Positions 1 through 10,030 of a DNA stretch of 64,000 bases are shown here, piece after piece. The stretch comes from Hyphomicrobiales bacterium (GTDB lineage: Bacteria; Pseudomonadota; Alphaproteobacteria; Rhizobiales; JAKPQE01). Each line of letters starts with the position of its first letter. The first letter of the stretch is position 1. Location of the stretch: positions 3,503 through 67,502 of the forward strand of contig JAWKVW010000017.1 in NCBI GenBank assembly GCA_041397845.1, written 5' to 3'. A program made the translations under genes and the position numbers. A model generated the notes under the pieces. The model made no database searches and was not told the DNA's origin. It worked only from the letters and a program-made list of their open reading frames with translations.

Positions 1-1
1 C

Positions 2-301
2 AATCCCGAGGTGATCTGGACCTCCGAGGAGGCGCGCGTCTACGAGGAGGGCTGCCTCTCCGTGCCGGAATATTATGACGAGGTCGAACGGCCGGAACGC
101 TGCCGCGTCCGCTATCTCGATCGCGACGGCAAGGAGCAGGAACTCGAGGCCGACGGCCTGCTTGCCGTTTGCGTCCAGCACGAGATCGACCATCTGAACG
201 GTCGCCTGTTCATCGACCATCTCTCCAAGCTGAAGCGCGATCGCGTCGTCAAGAAATTCGCCAAGCAGGCAAAATTCTCCACCAAGCCCGCCGTGCTCTG
301 A
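2..301 (+). CDS. def: Peptide deformylase, C-terminal part (gene begins left of the window)
   Basis: The frame is open from the window edge. Def metal-binding motifs EGCLSVP and QHEIDHLNG are present. The GTG at 11 in the ORF track is internal. Confidence 0.9.
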   Translation, partial: NPEVIWTSEEARVYEEGCLSVPEYYDEVERPERCRVRYLDRDGKEQELEADGLLAVCVQHEIDHLNGRLFIDHLSKLKRDRVVKKFAKQAKFSTKPAVL

Positions 302-656
302 CGCGTCCCGCGTCGAATTGCGATTGCCCGCTCCCGCGGCCTGCGCTCCGGGCCGAAGCGGGGCCGCGCCTCTTTCCGCCGGATCAGGTCGGGCAGGAGG
401 CGATCGTCTGGTCAGGTGTGGTATTCTGCCCAGGCGATGCGGAGTCTTTTGTACGGCCCGGTCTTTTTTGTCACAAAGGTACAACCCACAGGCCAAAGGC
501 AAATATGGGACGCGCGGACTAAAACAATTTTCTGATTTTTGTGCAGGTTTATTTCAGTTGTTGCTGGCGATTAAGTGCGGATAGGCGGATTTTTAATCGT
601 ATTTTTACGGCCAACAGCACAGCCTCATCATTGAGGGTTCTGCTGGAGATATAAAA

Positions 657-2333
657 ATGAATTGGACCATCGGTAAGCGCCTCGCGGCGCTCGTCGGGCT
701 CGTTTTCGTCGGGCTCACCGTCCTCACAGCCGAGCAGGTTTTGGTCGGCCGCGGCCAGCTTTTCGAACAGCGCGAACATGAACTGAAGCAGATCGTCGAT
801 GCCGTCATCGACGTGCTTGCCTACCAGCAGGCCGAGGTCGAGGCCGGGCGCAAGACGCTTGACGAGGCCCAGACCGCCGCCCGCGAAACGGTTCGCCACC
901 TGCGTTATTCCGGCTCCGAGTATTTCTGGATCAACGACATGCATGCCGGCATGCTGATGCATCCGATCAAGCCCGAACTGGAAGGCAAGGATCTTTCCGG
1001 TCTCAAGGATGTCAACGGCAAGGCGCTGTTCTCGACCTTCGTCGAGAAGGTCAACGAGAGCGGCGGCGGCATCGTCGACTACTATTGGCCGAAACCCGGT
1101 TCGCCCGACCCGGTGCTGAAATATTCCTATGTCGAGGGCTTCGCGCCCTGGGGCTGGATTATCGGCACCGGCGTCTATGTCGACGATCTTGATGCGATGG
1201 TCTGGAGCAGCTCCCTGCGAGCGATCTTCTTCGCTTCCATAGTCCTTCTCGTCTGTGGCCTTGCCTCTCTCTTCATCGTGCGCAGCATCACCGCTCCGGT
1301 GCGGGCCCTCGTTGCCCGCATGACCGCCCTGCGCGAGGGCGATACCGCGTCGACCGTGCCCGCTGTCGAGCGGCGCGACGAACTCGGCGAGATGGCGGCA
1401 GCCGTCGAAAGCTTCCGGGCGAGCGCAATCGAGCGCGAACACCTCGAGACACGACAGGTCGAGCAGCGCCAGAACCGCGAGCAGCGCCAGCGCAATGTCG
1501 AGGACCTGATCGGCCAGTTCCGCGATATCACCGCCTCGCTCATCCATGAGGTCGAGGCAACCAACACCGACCTCAACCACACCGCCCACACGCTGTCTTC
1601 GGTTGCCGCGAGCAGCGCCAGCCGCGCCGGCAGCGCCGCCGATGCCTCCCGCGAGGCGTCCTCGAACGTGCAGTCGGTGGCGAGCGCCGCCGAGGAGCTT
1701 TCCGCCTCCATCGCCGAAATTTCCCGGCAGGTGGCGCGCACCACGGAAATCGTCACCGGCGCAACCGCCGGGGCGCAGCGCTCCAATGAAAAGGTCTCCG
1801 GCCTGGCGACCGCCGCCAACAAGATCGGCGAGGTCGTCTCGCTGATCCAGGCGATCGCCGAGCAGACCAACCTCCTGGCGCTCAATGCCACCATCGAGGC
1901 GGCAAGGGCCGGCGAGGCCGGGCGCGGCTTCTCGGTCGTTGCCTCCGAGGTCAAGGAACTTGCCAACCAGACCTCGAAGGCGACCGAGGAAATCGGCGCC
2001 CAGGTGACCGCGATCCAGACCTCCACCGCAGATGCGGTCGAGGCGATCGCCGCCATCGCCGCGACCATGGGCGACGTCAACGCCTATACCTCGGCGATCG
2101 CTGCGGCGGTCGAGCAGCAGGGCGCGGCGACCGGCGAGATCTCGCAGAACGTCCAGATGGCGGCGCACCGCACCCGCACGGTCGTCGACGACGTCGTCGA
2201 GCTGAGCGGTTCGATCAACGAGACCGGCGACACCGCTGCCTCGGTTCTGGCCGCCGCCTCGCGCGTCGGTGATACCTCGAGCCGGCTGAAGCATGAGGTC
2301 GACCGCTTCCTGAAGGACGTCGCGGCGGCCTGA
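657..2333 (+). CDS. Methyl-accepting chemotaxis protein with a periplasmic Cache-like sensor
   Basis: 558 aa. Order is TM, Cache-like segment (YFWINDMHAGMLMHP...DYYWPKPG), TM, HAMP, then the conserved MCP signalling hairpin (EQTNLLALNATIEAARAGEAGRGFSVVASEVKELA). A GGAG Shine-Dalgarno precedes the ATG. Confidence 0.9.
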   Translation: MNWTIGKRLAALVGLVFVGLTVLTAEQVLVGRGQLFEQREHELKQIVDAVIDVLAYQQAEVEAGRKTLDEAQTAARETVRHLRYSGSEYFWINDMHAGMLMHPIKPELEGKDLSGLKDVNGKALFSTFVEKVNESGGGIVDYYWPKPGSPDPVLKYSYVEGFAPWGWIIGTGVYVDDLDAMVWSSSLRAIFFASIVLLVCGLASLFIVRSITAPVRALVARMTALREGDTASTVPAVERRDELGEMAAAVESFRASAIEREHLETRQVEQRQNREQRQRNVEDLIGQFRDITASLIHEVEATNTDLNHTAHTLSSVAASSASRAGSAADASREASSNVQSVASAAEELSASIAEISRQVARTTEIVTGATAGAQRSNEKVSGLATAANKIGEVVSLIQAIAEQTNLLALNATIEAARAGEAGRGFSVVASEVKELANQTSKATEEIGAQVTAIQTSTADAVEAIAAIAATMGDVNAYTSAIAAAVEQQGAATGEISQNVQMAAHRTRTVVDDVVELSGSINETGDTAASVLAAASRVGDTSSRLKHEVDRFLKDVAAA

Positions 2334-2370
2334 CGAGTACGATTGACGACGACAATTGACGGCAGAAAAT

Positions 2371-2397
2371 GACGCCGGCTCCCCGTGGGCCGGCGTC
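2371..2397 (+). terminator. GC-rich hairpin after the MCP gene (weak terminator candidate)
   Basis: The 9-bp stem GACGCCGGC / GCCGGCGTC has a 9-nt loop. No clear U tract follows it. Confidence 0.3.
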
Positions 2398-2493
2398 GCC
2401 GCGTCCGCGGCAAATCCCGGTCACCGGCCGGAGCACTTGACCTTGCCGGCACCTTCCCGCAAAGCAGGGACCGCGCAAACGGGGGATGCGGCA

Positions 2494-3426
2494 ATGGGTC
2501 TTCGCGTCATTTTCATGGGAACGCCGGACTTCGCGGTCGCCACGCTGAAGGCGCTGCGGGCCGCCGGCCACGACATTGTCGCCGTCTACACCCGGGCGCC
2601 GCGCCCCGCCGGTCGCGGCATGGCCGAACGCCGCTCGCCCGTTCATGTCGAGGCCGACGCGCATGGCATCACCGTTTTGACGCCGCGCACCTTGCGCACC
2701 CCCGAAGCCCAGGCGGAATTCGCCGGCTTCGGCGCCGATGTCGCCGTCGTCGTCGCCTACGGGCTCATTCTGCCCCTGCCGGTTCTCGAGGCGCCGCGGC
2801 TCTGCTGCCTCAATCTTCATGGCTCGCTGCTGCCGCGCTGGCGTGGTGCCGCGCCGATCCAGCGTGCCGTCATGGCCGGCGATGCCGAAACCGGCGTCAT
2901 GGTGATGAAGATGGAGGAGGGGCTCGACACCGGCCCCGTCGCAATGACCGCCCGCACGCCGATCGGCGCTGACGAGACCGCCGGCGAGCTGCACGACCGA
3001 CTTGCCGGCCTCGGCGCCGGCCTGATGGTCGAGGCGCTGGCCGCCCTTGCCGCCGGCGAGCTTCGATTTGTCGCGCAGGCCGAGGAAGGCGTCACCTATG
3101 CAGCAAAGATCGAGAAGGCCGAGGCGCGCATCGACTGGACGCGGCCGGCGACGGCCGTGCACGACCATATTCGCGGGCTTTCGCCATTTCCCGGAGCCTG
3201 GTGCGAGTTCGATCCCGGCGGCCGGACGGAACGGGTCAAGATCCTTGCGACGACGCTCGCCGAAGGCCGCGGCGCACCCGGCGAAGTGCTCGATGACGCC
3301 CTCACCATCGCCTGCGGCGAGGGCGCCGTTCGTCTTTGTGTCTTGCAAAGGGCCGGCAAACAGTCCATGGAAGCGCCCGCATTCTTGCGGGGGGCCGCGA
3401 TCGAACGCGGAAAGATGCTGACATGA
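2494..3426 (+). CDS. fmt: Methionyl-tRNA formyltransferase
   Basis: The N-terminus is [15 protein letters not shown] and the [15 protein letters not shown] motif is present. The ORF-track start at 2356 is probably an upstream extension, with the likely ATG at 2494. Confidence 0.9.
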   Translation: MGLRVIFMGTPDFAVATLKALRAAGHDIVAVYTRAPRPAGRGMAERRSPVHVEADAHGITVLTPRTLRTPEAQAEFAGFGADVAVVVAYGLILPLPVLEAPRLCCLNLHGSLLPRWRGAAPIQRAVMAGDAETGVMVMKMEEGLDTGPVAMTARTPIGADETAGELHDRLAGLGAGLMVEALAALAAGELRFVAQAEEGVTYAAKIEKAEARIDWTRPATAVHDHIRGLSPFPGAWCEFDPGGRTERVKILATTLAEGRGAPGEVLDDALTIACGEGAVRLCVLQRAGKQSMEAPAFLRGAAIERGKMLT

Positions 3427-4010
3427 ATTCTGACTTGCCACTCGTCCTGCGGCCGGAACAGCCGGGGGACGAGCCGTTGATCGACGCGGTGATCCGGGCG
3501 GCTTTCGGCCAGGATGTCGAGAGCAGCCTCGTCGAGGCCCTGCGTCGCGACGGCGATCTGGCGCTGTCGCTGGTTGCCGAGCGCGGCGAGCGCCTCGTCG
3601 GCCACATTGCCTTCAGCCGGGTCGCGATCGTCAACGGTCCGCGTTCGACCGAGGCGGTCTCGCTCGCTCCGCTTGCCGTCCTGCCGAGCGTCCAGCATGG
3701 CGGCATCGGCTCGGCCCTCGTCGAGGAGGGGCTGCGCCGCGTTGCCCGGTCCGGTGCGCGGCTCGCCTTCGTCATCGGCTATCCATCGTTCTATCGCGGC
3801 TTCGGTTTCGCAGTCGAGCCGGCGAGGCCATTCCGCTCGCCCTGGTCCAAGGCGCCGGGCTGCGCCCACATGGTGCGCGCCCTCGTGCCGGGCGGCCTCG
3901 ACGGGCTCGCCGGTGCCGTCCGCTATCCGCCCGCCTTCAGCAAGGCGCCAGGCAGCGGCCAACCCATGCATCACGCCCATGCCCCGCTATCGGCTCAACA
4001 TCGAGTATGA
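3423..4010 (+). CDS. GNAT-family N-acetyltransferase
   Basis: The ATG at 3423 overlaps the fmt stop (ATGA). A GNAT motif-A-like stretch ([15 protein letters not shown]) is present. The 3' end overlaps the truA start by 32 nt. Confidence 0.7.
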   Translation: MNSDLPLVLRPEQPGDEPLIDAVIRAAFGQDVESSLVEALRRDGDLALSLVAERGERLVGHIAFSRVAIVNGPRSTEAVSLAPLAVLPSVQHGGIGSALVEEGLRRVARSGARLAFVIGYPSFYRGFGFAVEPARPFRSPWSKAPGCAHMVRALVPGGLDGLAGAVRYPPAFSKAPGSGQPMHHAHAPLSAQHRV

Positions 4011-4734
4011 CGGCACGCCGTTCGTCGGCTGGCAGCGCCAGGCCGAGGGCGAGAGCGTGCAGGGGGCAATCGAGCGGGCGATTGCCGCCTTTGCCGGCGA
4101 AGTGGCCGGCATCCGCGGCGCCGGGCGCACGGATGCCGGCGTCCATGCGTCCGGTCAGGTCGCCCATGTCGACCTTGCGCGCGACTGGAAGACCGACACC
4201 GTGCGCGACGCCATCAACGCCCATCTGCGGCCAGCGCCCGTCGCCATCCTGTCGGCCGAACGGGTCGGCGACGATTTCGACGCCCGCTTTTCGGCGACGG
4301 CCCGACATTATGTCTACCGCATCCTCGATCGCCGGGCGCCGCCGGCCCTCGATCGCGATCGCGTCTGGCACGTCGGCCGCCGGCTCGACGAGGGCCTGAT
4401 GGCCGCGGCCGCCAGGACGCTTCTCGGCCGCCACGATTTCACGACCTTCCGTGCCGCCGCCTGTCAGGCGGCAAGCCCGGTCCGTACCCTCGATCGCCTC
4501 GACGTCGTGCGCTGCGGCGATGTCATCGAGCTGCACGTCTCGGCCCGGTCGTTCCTGCACAATCAGGTGCGCTCGATGGCCGGAACGCTGAAGCTTGCCG
4601 GCGCCGGACAATGGAGCGCAGCGGATGTCGGCGATGCCCTTGCCGCAAGGGACCGCGCTGCCTGCGGCCCGGTTGCCCCGGCCTGCGGCCTTTGCCTTGC
4701 CAGAGTGGATTATCCGGTCGACGACGGGGCGTGA
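3979..4734 (+). CDS. truA: tRNA pseudouridine(38-40) synthase
   Basis: The protein begins [21 protein letters not shown] and carries the GRTDAGVHA catalytic-Asp motif. The long ORF from 3514 is an out-of-frame extension over the GNAT gene. Confidence 0.9.
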   Translation: MPRYRLNIEYDGTPFVGWQRQAEGESVQGAIERAIAAFAGEVAGIRGAGRTDAGVHASGQVAHVDLARDWKTDTVRDAINAHLRPAPVAILSAERVGDDFDARFSATARHYVYRILDRRAPPALDRDRVWHVGRRLDEGLMAAAARTLLGRHDFTTFRAAACQAASPVRTLDRLDVVRCGDVIELHVSARSFLHNQVRSMAGTLKLAGAGQWSAADVGDALAARDRAACGPVAPACGLCLARVDYPVDDGA

Positions 4735-4769
4735 GCGGCGGGCGACGAGGCGTGAGCGGCGGGCAATGA
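4728..4769. repeat. Tandem 21-bp duplication spanning the truA stop codon
   Basis: The units are ggcgtgagcggcgggcgacga (4728-4748) and ggcgtgagcggcgggcaatga (4749-4769), identical at 19 of 21 positions. Confidence 0.8.
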
Positions 4770-4782
4770 CCGGCCGCCAATG

Positions 4783-4808
4783 AAAAGGGGCCGCGACCGG
4801 CCCCTTTT
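4783..4808. terminator. Bidirectional rho-independent terminator between convergent truA and hemN
   Basis: The hairpin is AAAAGGGGCCG-cgac-CGGCCCCTTTT, an 11-bp stem with A/T runs on both sides. Confidence 0.75.
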
Positions 4809-4838
4809 GAAATTCCCGTGCGATGAATTCCCGCTGCT

Positions 4839-6181
4839 TCAGACAGCCACGGAATGCCGCGCCGCTTCGCTGTTGAGATAGGCATCGAATGCCGCCGCCG
4901 CGATCCGCACGAACGGCCGGCCGGCCGGGTTCATGCTGACCGTCCAGCCCTCGACCGTCGCAAGCCCGTCCCGCACCAGCTCGACGAGCGCGTCGAACGA
5001 GGCATCGAGCGACTTCGGATCGACGCCGTATTGCTGGCAAATCGCCTCGACATCCACCGAAAAGCCCGTCATCAGCGTCTCGATGATATCGGCCCGCATC
5101 CGGTCGTCGTCGCTGAGCGCCTTTTGCCGCGCCGCCGGCAGCCGGCCCTCGAGCACCGCCCGCTTGTAGCCGCCGATATCCGGGCTGTTCTGGATGTAGC
5201 CCTGCGGCAGCTTGCCGATCGCCGAGGCCCCGAAGCCGATCAGCGCCGGCGCCGTATCGGTCGTATAGCCCTGGAAATTGCGCTTCAGCGTGCCCTCGCG
5301 CACCGCCTTCGCCATCGGATCGTCCGGATGGGCGAAATGGTCGAAGCCGACGGTGACATAGCCGAGCGATTCCAGCGCGACGCGGGCTCGTTCGGCCTGC
5401 TCCATGCGCTCGACCGCGCCCGGCAGCGCGCTGACGTCGATGAGGCGCTGGTGCACCTTGAACCAGGGCACATGCGCATAGCCGAAGATCGCGATCCGCG
5501 CCGGCTCGAGCTCTGCCGCCATGCGCGTCGTCCGTTCGACGTCGTCGCCGGTCTGGAACGGCAGGCCGTACATCAGGTCGAAATTGATCGCCGAAATGCC
5601 GACGGCCCTGAGCCGCTGCGTCGCGTCCGCGACAACCTCGTAAGGCTGGATGCGGCCGATCGCCTCCATCACCTTCGGCGTGAAGTCCTGCACGCCAAGG
5701 CTCGCCCGGTTGACGCCGGCCTCGACCAGCCGCGCCGCCAGATCCTCGCTGACCGTGCGCGGATCGAGCTCCATTGCGTGCTCGGCCTCGGCGCCGATCG
5801 CGAACGCCGCGTTGAGGTGCTCGACCACGAGCCGCAGTGATTCGGCCGGCAGAAGGCTCGGCGTGCCGCCGCCCCAGTGAATATGGGTCGCCCGGTGCCG
5901 ATGCTTCAGGCGGCTCGCGACGAGATCGATCTCCGCCGCCATGACCTCGGCATAGTCGAACACCGGATCGTCCCGCACCGCCGCCTTGGTGGCAGCCGCA
6001 ATAGCGGCAGATCGAACGGCAGTAGGGCACGCAGGTAGAGCGAAACCGAAGTCGTTTCAGCGACTTCGCCAAGCCAGGCCGTATAGCTGCGTCGTCCGTC
6101 GCCGCCTCGAAGTGGGGCGCCGTCGGATAGGAGGTGGCGCGGAACAGTCCGCGTCGCATAGGCGGTCAGTCTCTGGTCCAT
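4839..6181 (-). pseudogene. hemN: Oxygen-independent coproporphyrinogen III oxidase (radical SAM HemN) with several frame changes in its first ~65 codons
   Basis: Residues from TKAAVRDDPVFDY to the C-terminus are intact in ORF 4839..5978. The N-terminal motifs lie in two other frames: MDQRLTAYATRTVPR, then TSYPTAPHF, then YTAWLGEVAETTSVSLYL, then VPYCRSICRYCGCH (the CxxxCxxC radical-SAM cluster). Confidence 0.85.
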
Positions 6182-6217
6182 GGCCGGGACATTCACCGTT
6201 TCAAAGGAAGGGTGTCC

Positions 6218-6231
6218 TTGATGTTGGTCAA
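6218..6231. promoter_or_regulatory. FNR/FixK-type box (TTGA-N6-TCAA) upstream of hemN
   Basis: TTGATGTTGGTCAA is a perfect consensus. It lies 37 nt upstream of the hemN ATG at 6181. Confidence 0.7.
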
Positions 6232-6512
6232 TGTTCGGTTTTCGCCGACATGGAACTTTGCATCGTCGGCAGTGTTTCGCGACGGCAAACGGGGTGTTTT
6301 TGTCCCCGGCCAGACGCGGCAGCGCTACCGGCGGGCGGCGCCCCAGCCCTGTCAAACTCCCCTTCGGGCGCCGAAATCAATGCGATTCCATGGGCTTGTC
6401 GGCTAGAGCATTTCGCCGGCAAGACTGATCGTCGCATGCGCCCATTGGGGACATGATTTTCTGCGCGCGATCTTTAGACTGCGCATCCTCAGCCGTGCCT
6501 CCGCGTCTGCCG

Positions 6513-6526
6513 TTGACATATGTCAT
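6513..6526. promoter_or_regulatory. FNR/FixK-type box upstream of ccoN
   Basis: TTGACATATGTCAT has one mismatch to TTGA-N6-TCAA. It lies about 80 nt upstream of the ccoN ATG. Confidence 0.65.
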
Positions 6527-6606
6527 TGCGCCGAAACGAAGGCCGGTCTGATGGTGCACTGTGATCCCGTGTGGGGGATATCGTTCAAATAGACGGGGCG
6601 GAACCA

Positions 6607-8250
6607 ATGGCAGTCCAAACCAAATCTCTGACGCTCGAGGAAGGCGGCTTTGCGGCATTTCTCGTGCTGTTGGCCCTGGTTTGCATCCTTATTGCAGCCA
6701 AGGCCGTTGATGGCGTCATGCAGTTTCATGCCGCCATCGGCGCCGTTTTCTCGGTGCTCGGCATTTATCTGATCTTCCGCGGATACTCGAACCGGCCCGC
6801 CGGTCCGATTCTGCAGGAGATCGACGGTCGGCCGAACTATCATTACGGTCCGATCAAGTTCGGAATTCTCGCGGCGGTTTTCTGGGGCGTCGCCGGCTTC
6901 CTCGTTGGCGACTATGCCGCCTTCGAGCTTGCCTTCCCGGCCCTCAACTTCGACCTGCCGTGGACCAACTTCGGCCGCTTGCGGCCGCTGCACACCTCGG
7001 CGGTGATCTTTGCCTTCGGCGGTAACGTGCTCCTGGCGACGTCCTTCTACGTCGTGCAGCGCACCAATCGCGCCCGCATTTTCGGCACGATCGCGCCCTG
7101 GTTCGTGATTCTCGGCTACAACGCGTTCATCGTGATCGCCGGAACCGGCTACCTGCTCGGCGTGACGCAGAGCAAGGAATACGCCGAGCCGGAATGGTAC
7201 GCGGACCTCTGGCTGACCATCGTCTGGGTGGTTTACCTGCTGGTCTACATGGGCACGCTGATCAAGCGTAAGGAATCGCACATCTACGTGGCGAACTGGT
7301 TCTACCTGTCGTTCATCGTCACGATCGCGATGCTCCACCTCGGCAACAACGTCACCCTCCCGGTGTCGCTGTTCGGCGTGAAGTCCTACATCGCCTGGTC
7401 CGGCGTCCAGGACGCCATGACCCAGTGGTGGTATGGCCATAACGCGGTGGGCTTCTTCCTGACCGCTGGCTTCCTTGGCCTCATGTACTACTTCATCCCG
7501 AAGCGCGCTGGTCGCCCGGTCTACTCGTACCGGCTGTCCATCGTTCACTTCTGGGCTCTGATCTTCCTGTACATCTGGGCCGGCCCGCATCATCTGCACT
7601 ACACCGCCCTTCCGGACTGGACGCAGACCCTTGGCATGACCTTCTCGATCATCCTCTGGATGCCGTCGTGGGGTGGCATGATCAACGGCCTGATGACCCT
7701 GTCGGGTGCCTGGGACAAGCTCCGTACCGACCCCGTGCTGCGCATGCTGGTCGTGTCGGTCGCCTTCTACGGCATGTCGACCTTCGAAGGCCCGATGATG
7801 TCCATCAAGGCCGTGAACTCGCTGTCGCACTACACCGACTGGACCGTCGGCCACGTGCACTCGGGCGCTCTCGGCTGGGTCGGTGATATTTCCTTCGGCG
7901 CGATCTACTGCCTGGTTCCCTGGCTGTGGGGCCGCAAGGAGATGTACTCCCTGAAGCTCGTCAACTGGCACTTCTGGCTCTCGACCATCGGCATCGTGCT
8001 GTACATCACCGCGATGTGGGTGTCGGGCATCATGCAGGGCCTGATGTGGCGTGCTTACACCAAGCTCGGTTTCCTCGAGTACTCGTTCATCGAGACCGTC
8101 GAGGCGATGCATCCGTTCTACCTGATCCGTGCCATCGGCGGCGCTCTGTTCGTCCTCGGCGGTGTGATCATGGCTTACAACGTGTGGATGACGATCGCCC
8201 GCGGCGAACCGGCCGAAGCCCGCGAAGCGGCGCTGCAGCCTGCCGAGTGA
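6607..8250 (+). CDS. ccoN: cbb3-type cytochrome c oxidase subunit I
   Basis: This is a polytopic membrane protein with heme-copper oxidase His motifs ([27 protein letters not shown]). It is followed by ccoO, ccoQ and ccoP. An alternative GTG start lies at 6571. Confidence 0.93.
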   Translation: MAVQTKSLTLEEGGFAAFLVLLALVCILIAAKAVDGVMQFHAAIGAVFSVLGIYLIFRGYSNRPAGPILQEIDGRPNYHYGPIKFGILAAVFWGVAGFLVGDYAAFELAFPALNFDLPWTNFGRLRPLHTSAVIFAFGGNVLLATSFYVVQRTNRARIFGTIAPWFVILGYNAFIVIAGTGYLLGVTQSKEYAEPEWYADLWLTIVWVVYLLVYMGTLIKRKESHIYVANWFYLSFIVTIAMLHLGNNVTLPVSLFGVKSYIAWSGVQDAMTQWWYGHNAVGFFLTAGFLGLMYYFIPKRAGRPVYSYRLSIVHFWALIFLYIWAGPHHLHYTALPDWTQTLGMTFSIILWMPSWGGMINGLMTLSGAWDKLRTDPVLRMLVVSVAFYGMSTFEGPMMSIKAVNSLSHYTDWTVGHVHSGALGWVGDISFGAIYCLVPWLWGRKEMYSLKLVNWHFWLSTIGIVLYITAMWVSGIMQGLMWRAYTKLGFLEYSFIETVEAMHPFYLIRAIGGALFVLGGVIMAYNVWMTIARGEPAEAREAALQPAE

Positions 8251-8263
8251 GGGGGATCCGATC

Positions 8264-8992
8264 ATGGCAAACAAGCACGAAGTCTTTGAGAAGAACTCGA
8301 TCCTCCTCCTGGTCGGCATCCTTATCGTGGTGGCGATCGGTGGCCTCGTCGAGATCGTGCCCCTCTACTATCTGAAGGGCACGATCGAGAAGGTCGACGG
8401 TGTGCGTCCGTACTCTCCGCTCGAGCTGATGGGCCGGAACGTCTACATCCGTGAGGGGTGCTACACCTGTCACAGCCAGATGGTCCGTCCGTTCCGCGAC
8501 GAACTGGAGCGTTACGGCCATTACAGCCTCGCGGCTGAAAGCATGTACGACCATCCCTTCCAGTGGGGCTCGAAGCGTACTGGTCCGGACCTTGCCCGCC
8601 TCGGCGGCAAGTACTCGGACGAGTGGCATCGTGAACACCTGAAGGATCCCCGGGCGGTGGTGCCCGAGTCGGTGATGCCGGGCTATCCTTTCCTGGCGGC
8701 GACCGAACTCGACACCAAGATGATCGCCGATCATCTCAAGACCAACCGGACCCTGGGCGTTCCCTATACGGATGAGCAGATCACGGCGGCCGCTGAGGAC
8801 GTCATGGTTCAGGCCAATCCGGACAAGGGCGACGTCGACGCGTTGCTGGCGCGTTATCCGAAAGCGGTCGCTCGTGACTTCGACGGCAATCCCGAGAAGG
8901 TCACGGAAATGGATGCGCTCATTGCCTACCTCCAGATGCTCGGCACGCTCGTGGATTTCACGATCTACGACAATAAAGCCGACTTCCGGTGA
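8264..8992 (+). CDS. ccoO: cbb3-type cytochrome c oxidase subunit II (monoheme)
   Basis: An N-terminal TM segment is followed by a single CxxCH motif ([12 protein letters not shown]). The Shine-Dalgarno GAGGGGGA precedes the ATG. Confidence 0.93.
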   Translation: MANKHEVFEKNSILLLVGILIVVAIGGLVEIVPLYYLKGTIEKVDGVRPYSPLELMGRNVYIREGCYTCHSQMVRPFRDELERYGHYSLAAESMYDHPFQWGSKRTGPDLARLGGKYSDEWHREHLKDPRAVVPESVMPGYPFLAATELDTKMIADHLKTNRTLGVPYTDEQITAAAEDVMVQANPDKGDVDALLARYPKAVARDFDGNPEKVTEMDALIAYLQMLGTLVDFTIYDNKADFR

Positions 8993-9147
8993 TGGTGATG
9001 ACGTACGAGACCGTTTCGGAATTCGCTCAGCAATACGGCTTGATCTACTTCGTGATCTTGTTCGCGGGCGCGGTGGTGTACGCCCTGTGGCCGAAGAACA
9101 AGGAGAAGTTCGATCGGGCCAGCCAGGTCCCCTTGAGGGAGGATTGA
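8992..9147 (+). CDS. ccoQ: cbb3 oxidase small subunit CcoQ/FixQ (51 aa, below the ORF-track cutoff)
   Basis: Hand translation gives [51 protein letters not shown]. It has one TM segment, its ATG overlaps the ccoO stop (TGATG), and it sits between ccoO and ccoP. Confidence 0.8.
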   Translation: MVMTYETVSEFAQQYGLIYFVILFAGAVVYALWPKNKEKFDRASQVPLRED

Positions 9148-9150
9148 TAC

Positions 9151-10029
9151 ATGGCTGAAAGGCACATCGACGAGCTGTCCGGGACCGAGACTACCGGTCA
9201 TGAATGGGACGGCCTTAAGGAACTGAACACGCCGCTTCCGCGGTGGTGGCTGTACATCTTCTACATCACCATCGTGTGGGCAGCTCTCTACTGGATCGCC
9301 TATCCGACGTGGCCGATGGTCTCGTCATATACCAAGGGCATGATGGGCTACTCGGCCCGCGAAGAAGGCCTGATGGCTTTCGAGGCGGGCAAGGCGGCTC
9401 GTGCTGAGGCTGGTGCCGCGCTTGAAAACACGGCCCTGGATCAGATCCAGTCGACGCCCGCTCTCCTTGAGTTCGCTCAGGGCCAGGGCAAGGCGGCTTT
9501 TGGCGATAACTGCGCCCCGTGCCACGGCCTCGGCGCAACTGGTGGTCCGGGCTTCCCGAACCTGAATGATGACGACTGGCTGTGGGGCGGTACGCTCGAC
9601 GATATCTACACCACGCTCCAGTACGGCATTCGCTCGGGTCACGACGACGCCCGCGACTCCGGCATCACCGGCATGACTGCGTTCGGCGCCGATGGCATTC
9701 TGGACGACGCCCAGATCGCCACCGTCGTCAATTACGTTCGTTCGCTGTCCGGCCTCGAGACCGATCCCGGCCTCGACATGGCGGCGGGCCAGACCGTGTT
9801 CGTCGACAACTGCGCGGCCTGCCATGGCGAAGATGCCAAGGGCATGCTCGAGCTCGGCGCACCCAACCTGACGGACGGCATCTGGCTGTACGGCTCTTCG
9901 CCGGAAGCCATGATCAAGACGGTCACCTTCGGCCGCAAGGGCGTCATGCCCGCGTGGTCCGGCCGTCTCGATCCGGTGACAGTCAAGTCGCTGGCCGTCT
10001 ACGTGCACAACCTCGGAGGTGGCAAGTAA
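9151..10029 (+). CDS. ccoP: cbb3-type cytochrome c oxidase subunit III (diheme cytochrome c)
   Basis: An N-terminal TM segment is followed by two CxxCH motifs (CAPCHG, CAACHG). Confidence 0.92.
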   Translation: MAERHIDELSGTETTGHEWDGLKELNTPLPRWWLYIFYITIVWAALYWIAYPTWPMVSSYTKGMMGYSAREEGLMAFEAGKAARAEAGAALENTALDQIQSTPALLEFAQGQGKAAFGDNCAPCHGLGATGGPGFPNLNDDDWLWGGTLDDIYTTLQYGIRSGHDDARDSGITGMTAFGADGILDDAQIATVVNYVRSLSGLETDPGLDMAAGQTVFVDNCAACHGEDAKGMLELGAPNLTDGIWLYGSSPEAMIKTVTFGRKGVMPAWSGRLDPVTVKSLAVYVHNLGGGK

Positions 10030-10030
10030 T

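Noticed and set aside
549-2294. Long minus-strand ORFs antisense to real genes. Examples: 549..2294, 2215..3441, 6523..8319, 9983..11509, 17029..19395, 28848..30038, 29849..31381, 36934..38130, 37796..38956, 39554..41077, 58221..59780, 60039..61913
   Set aside because: All are Arg/Gly/Ala/Asp-rich with no motifs. Each overlaps an opposite-strand gene that has strong family signatures. This is typical of stop-poor antisense frames in high-GC DNA.
3937-6159. 740-aa minus-strand ORF that could be read as one large gene
   Set aside because: Only its first ~60 codons (TSYPTAPHF, VPYCRSICRYCGCH) are real hemN sequence. The rest is an out-of-frame read of hemN and an antisense read of truA.
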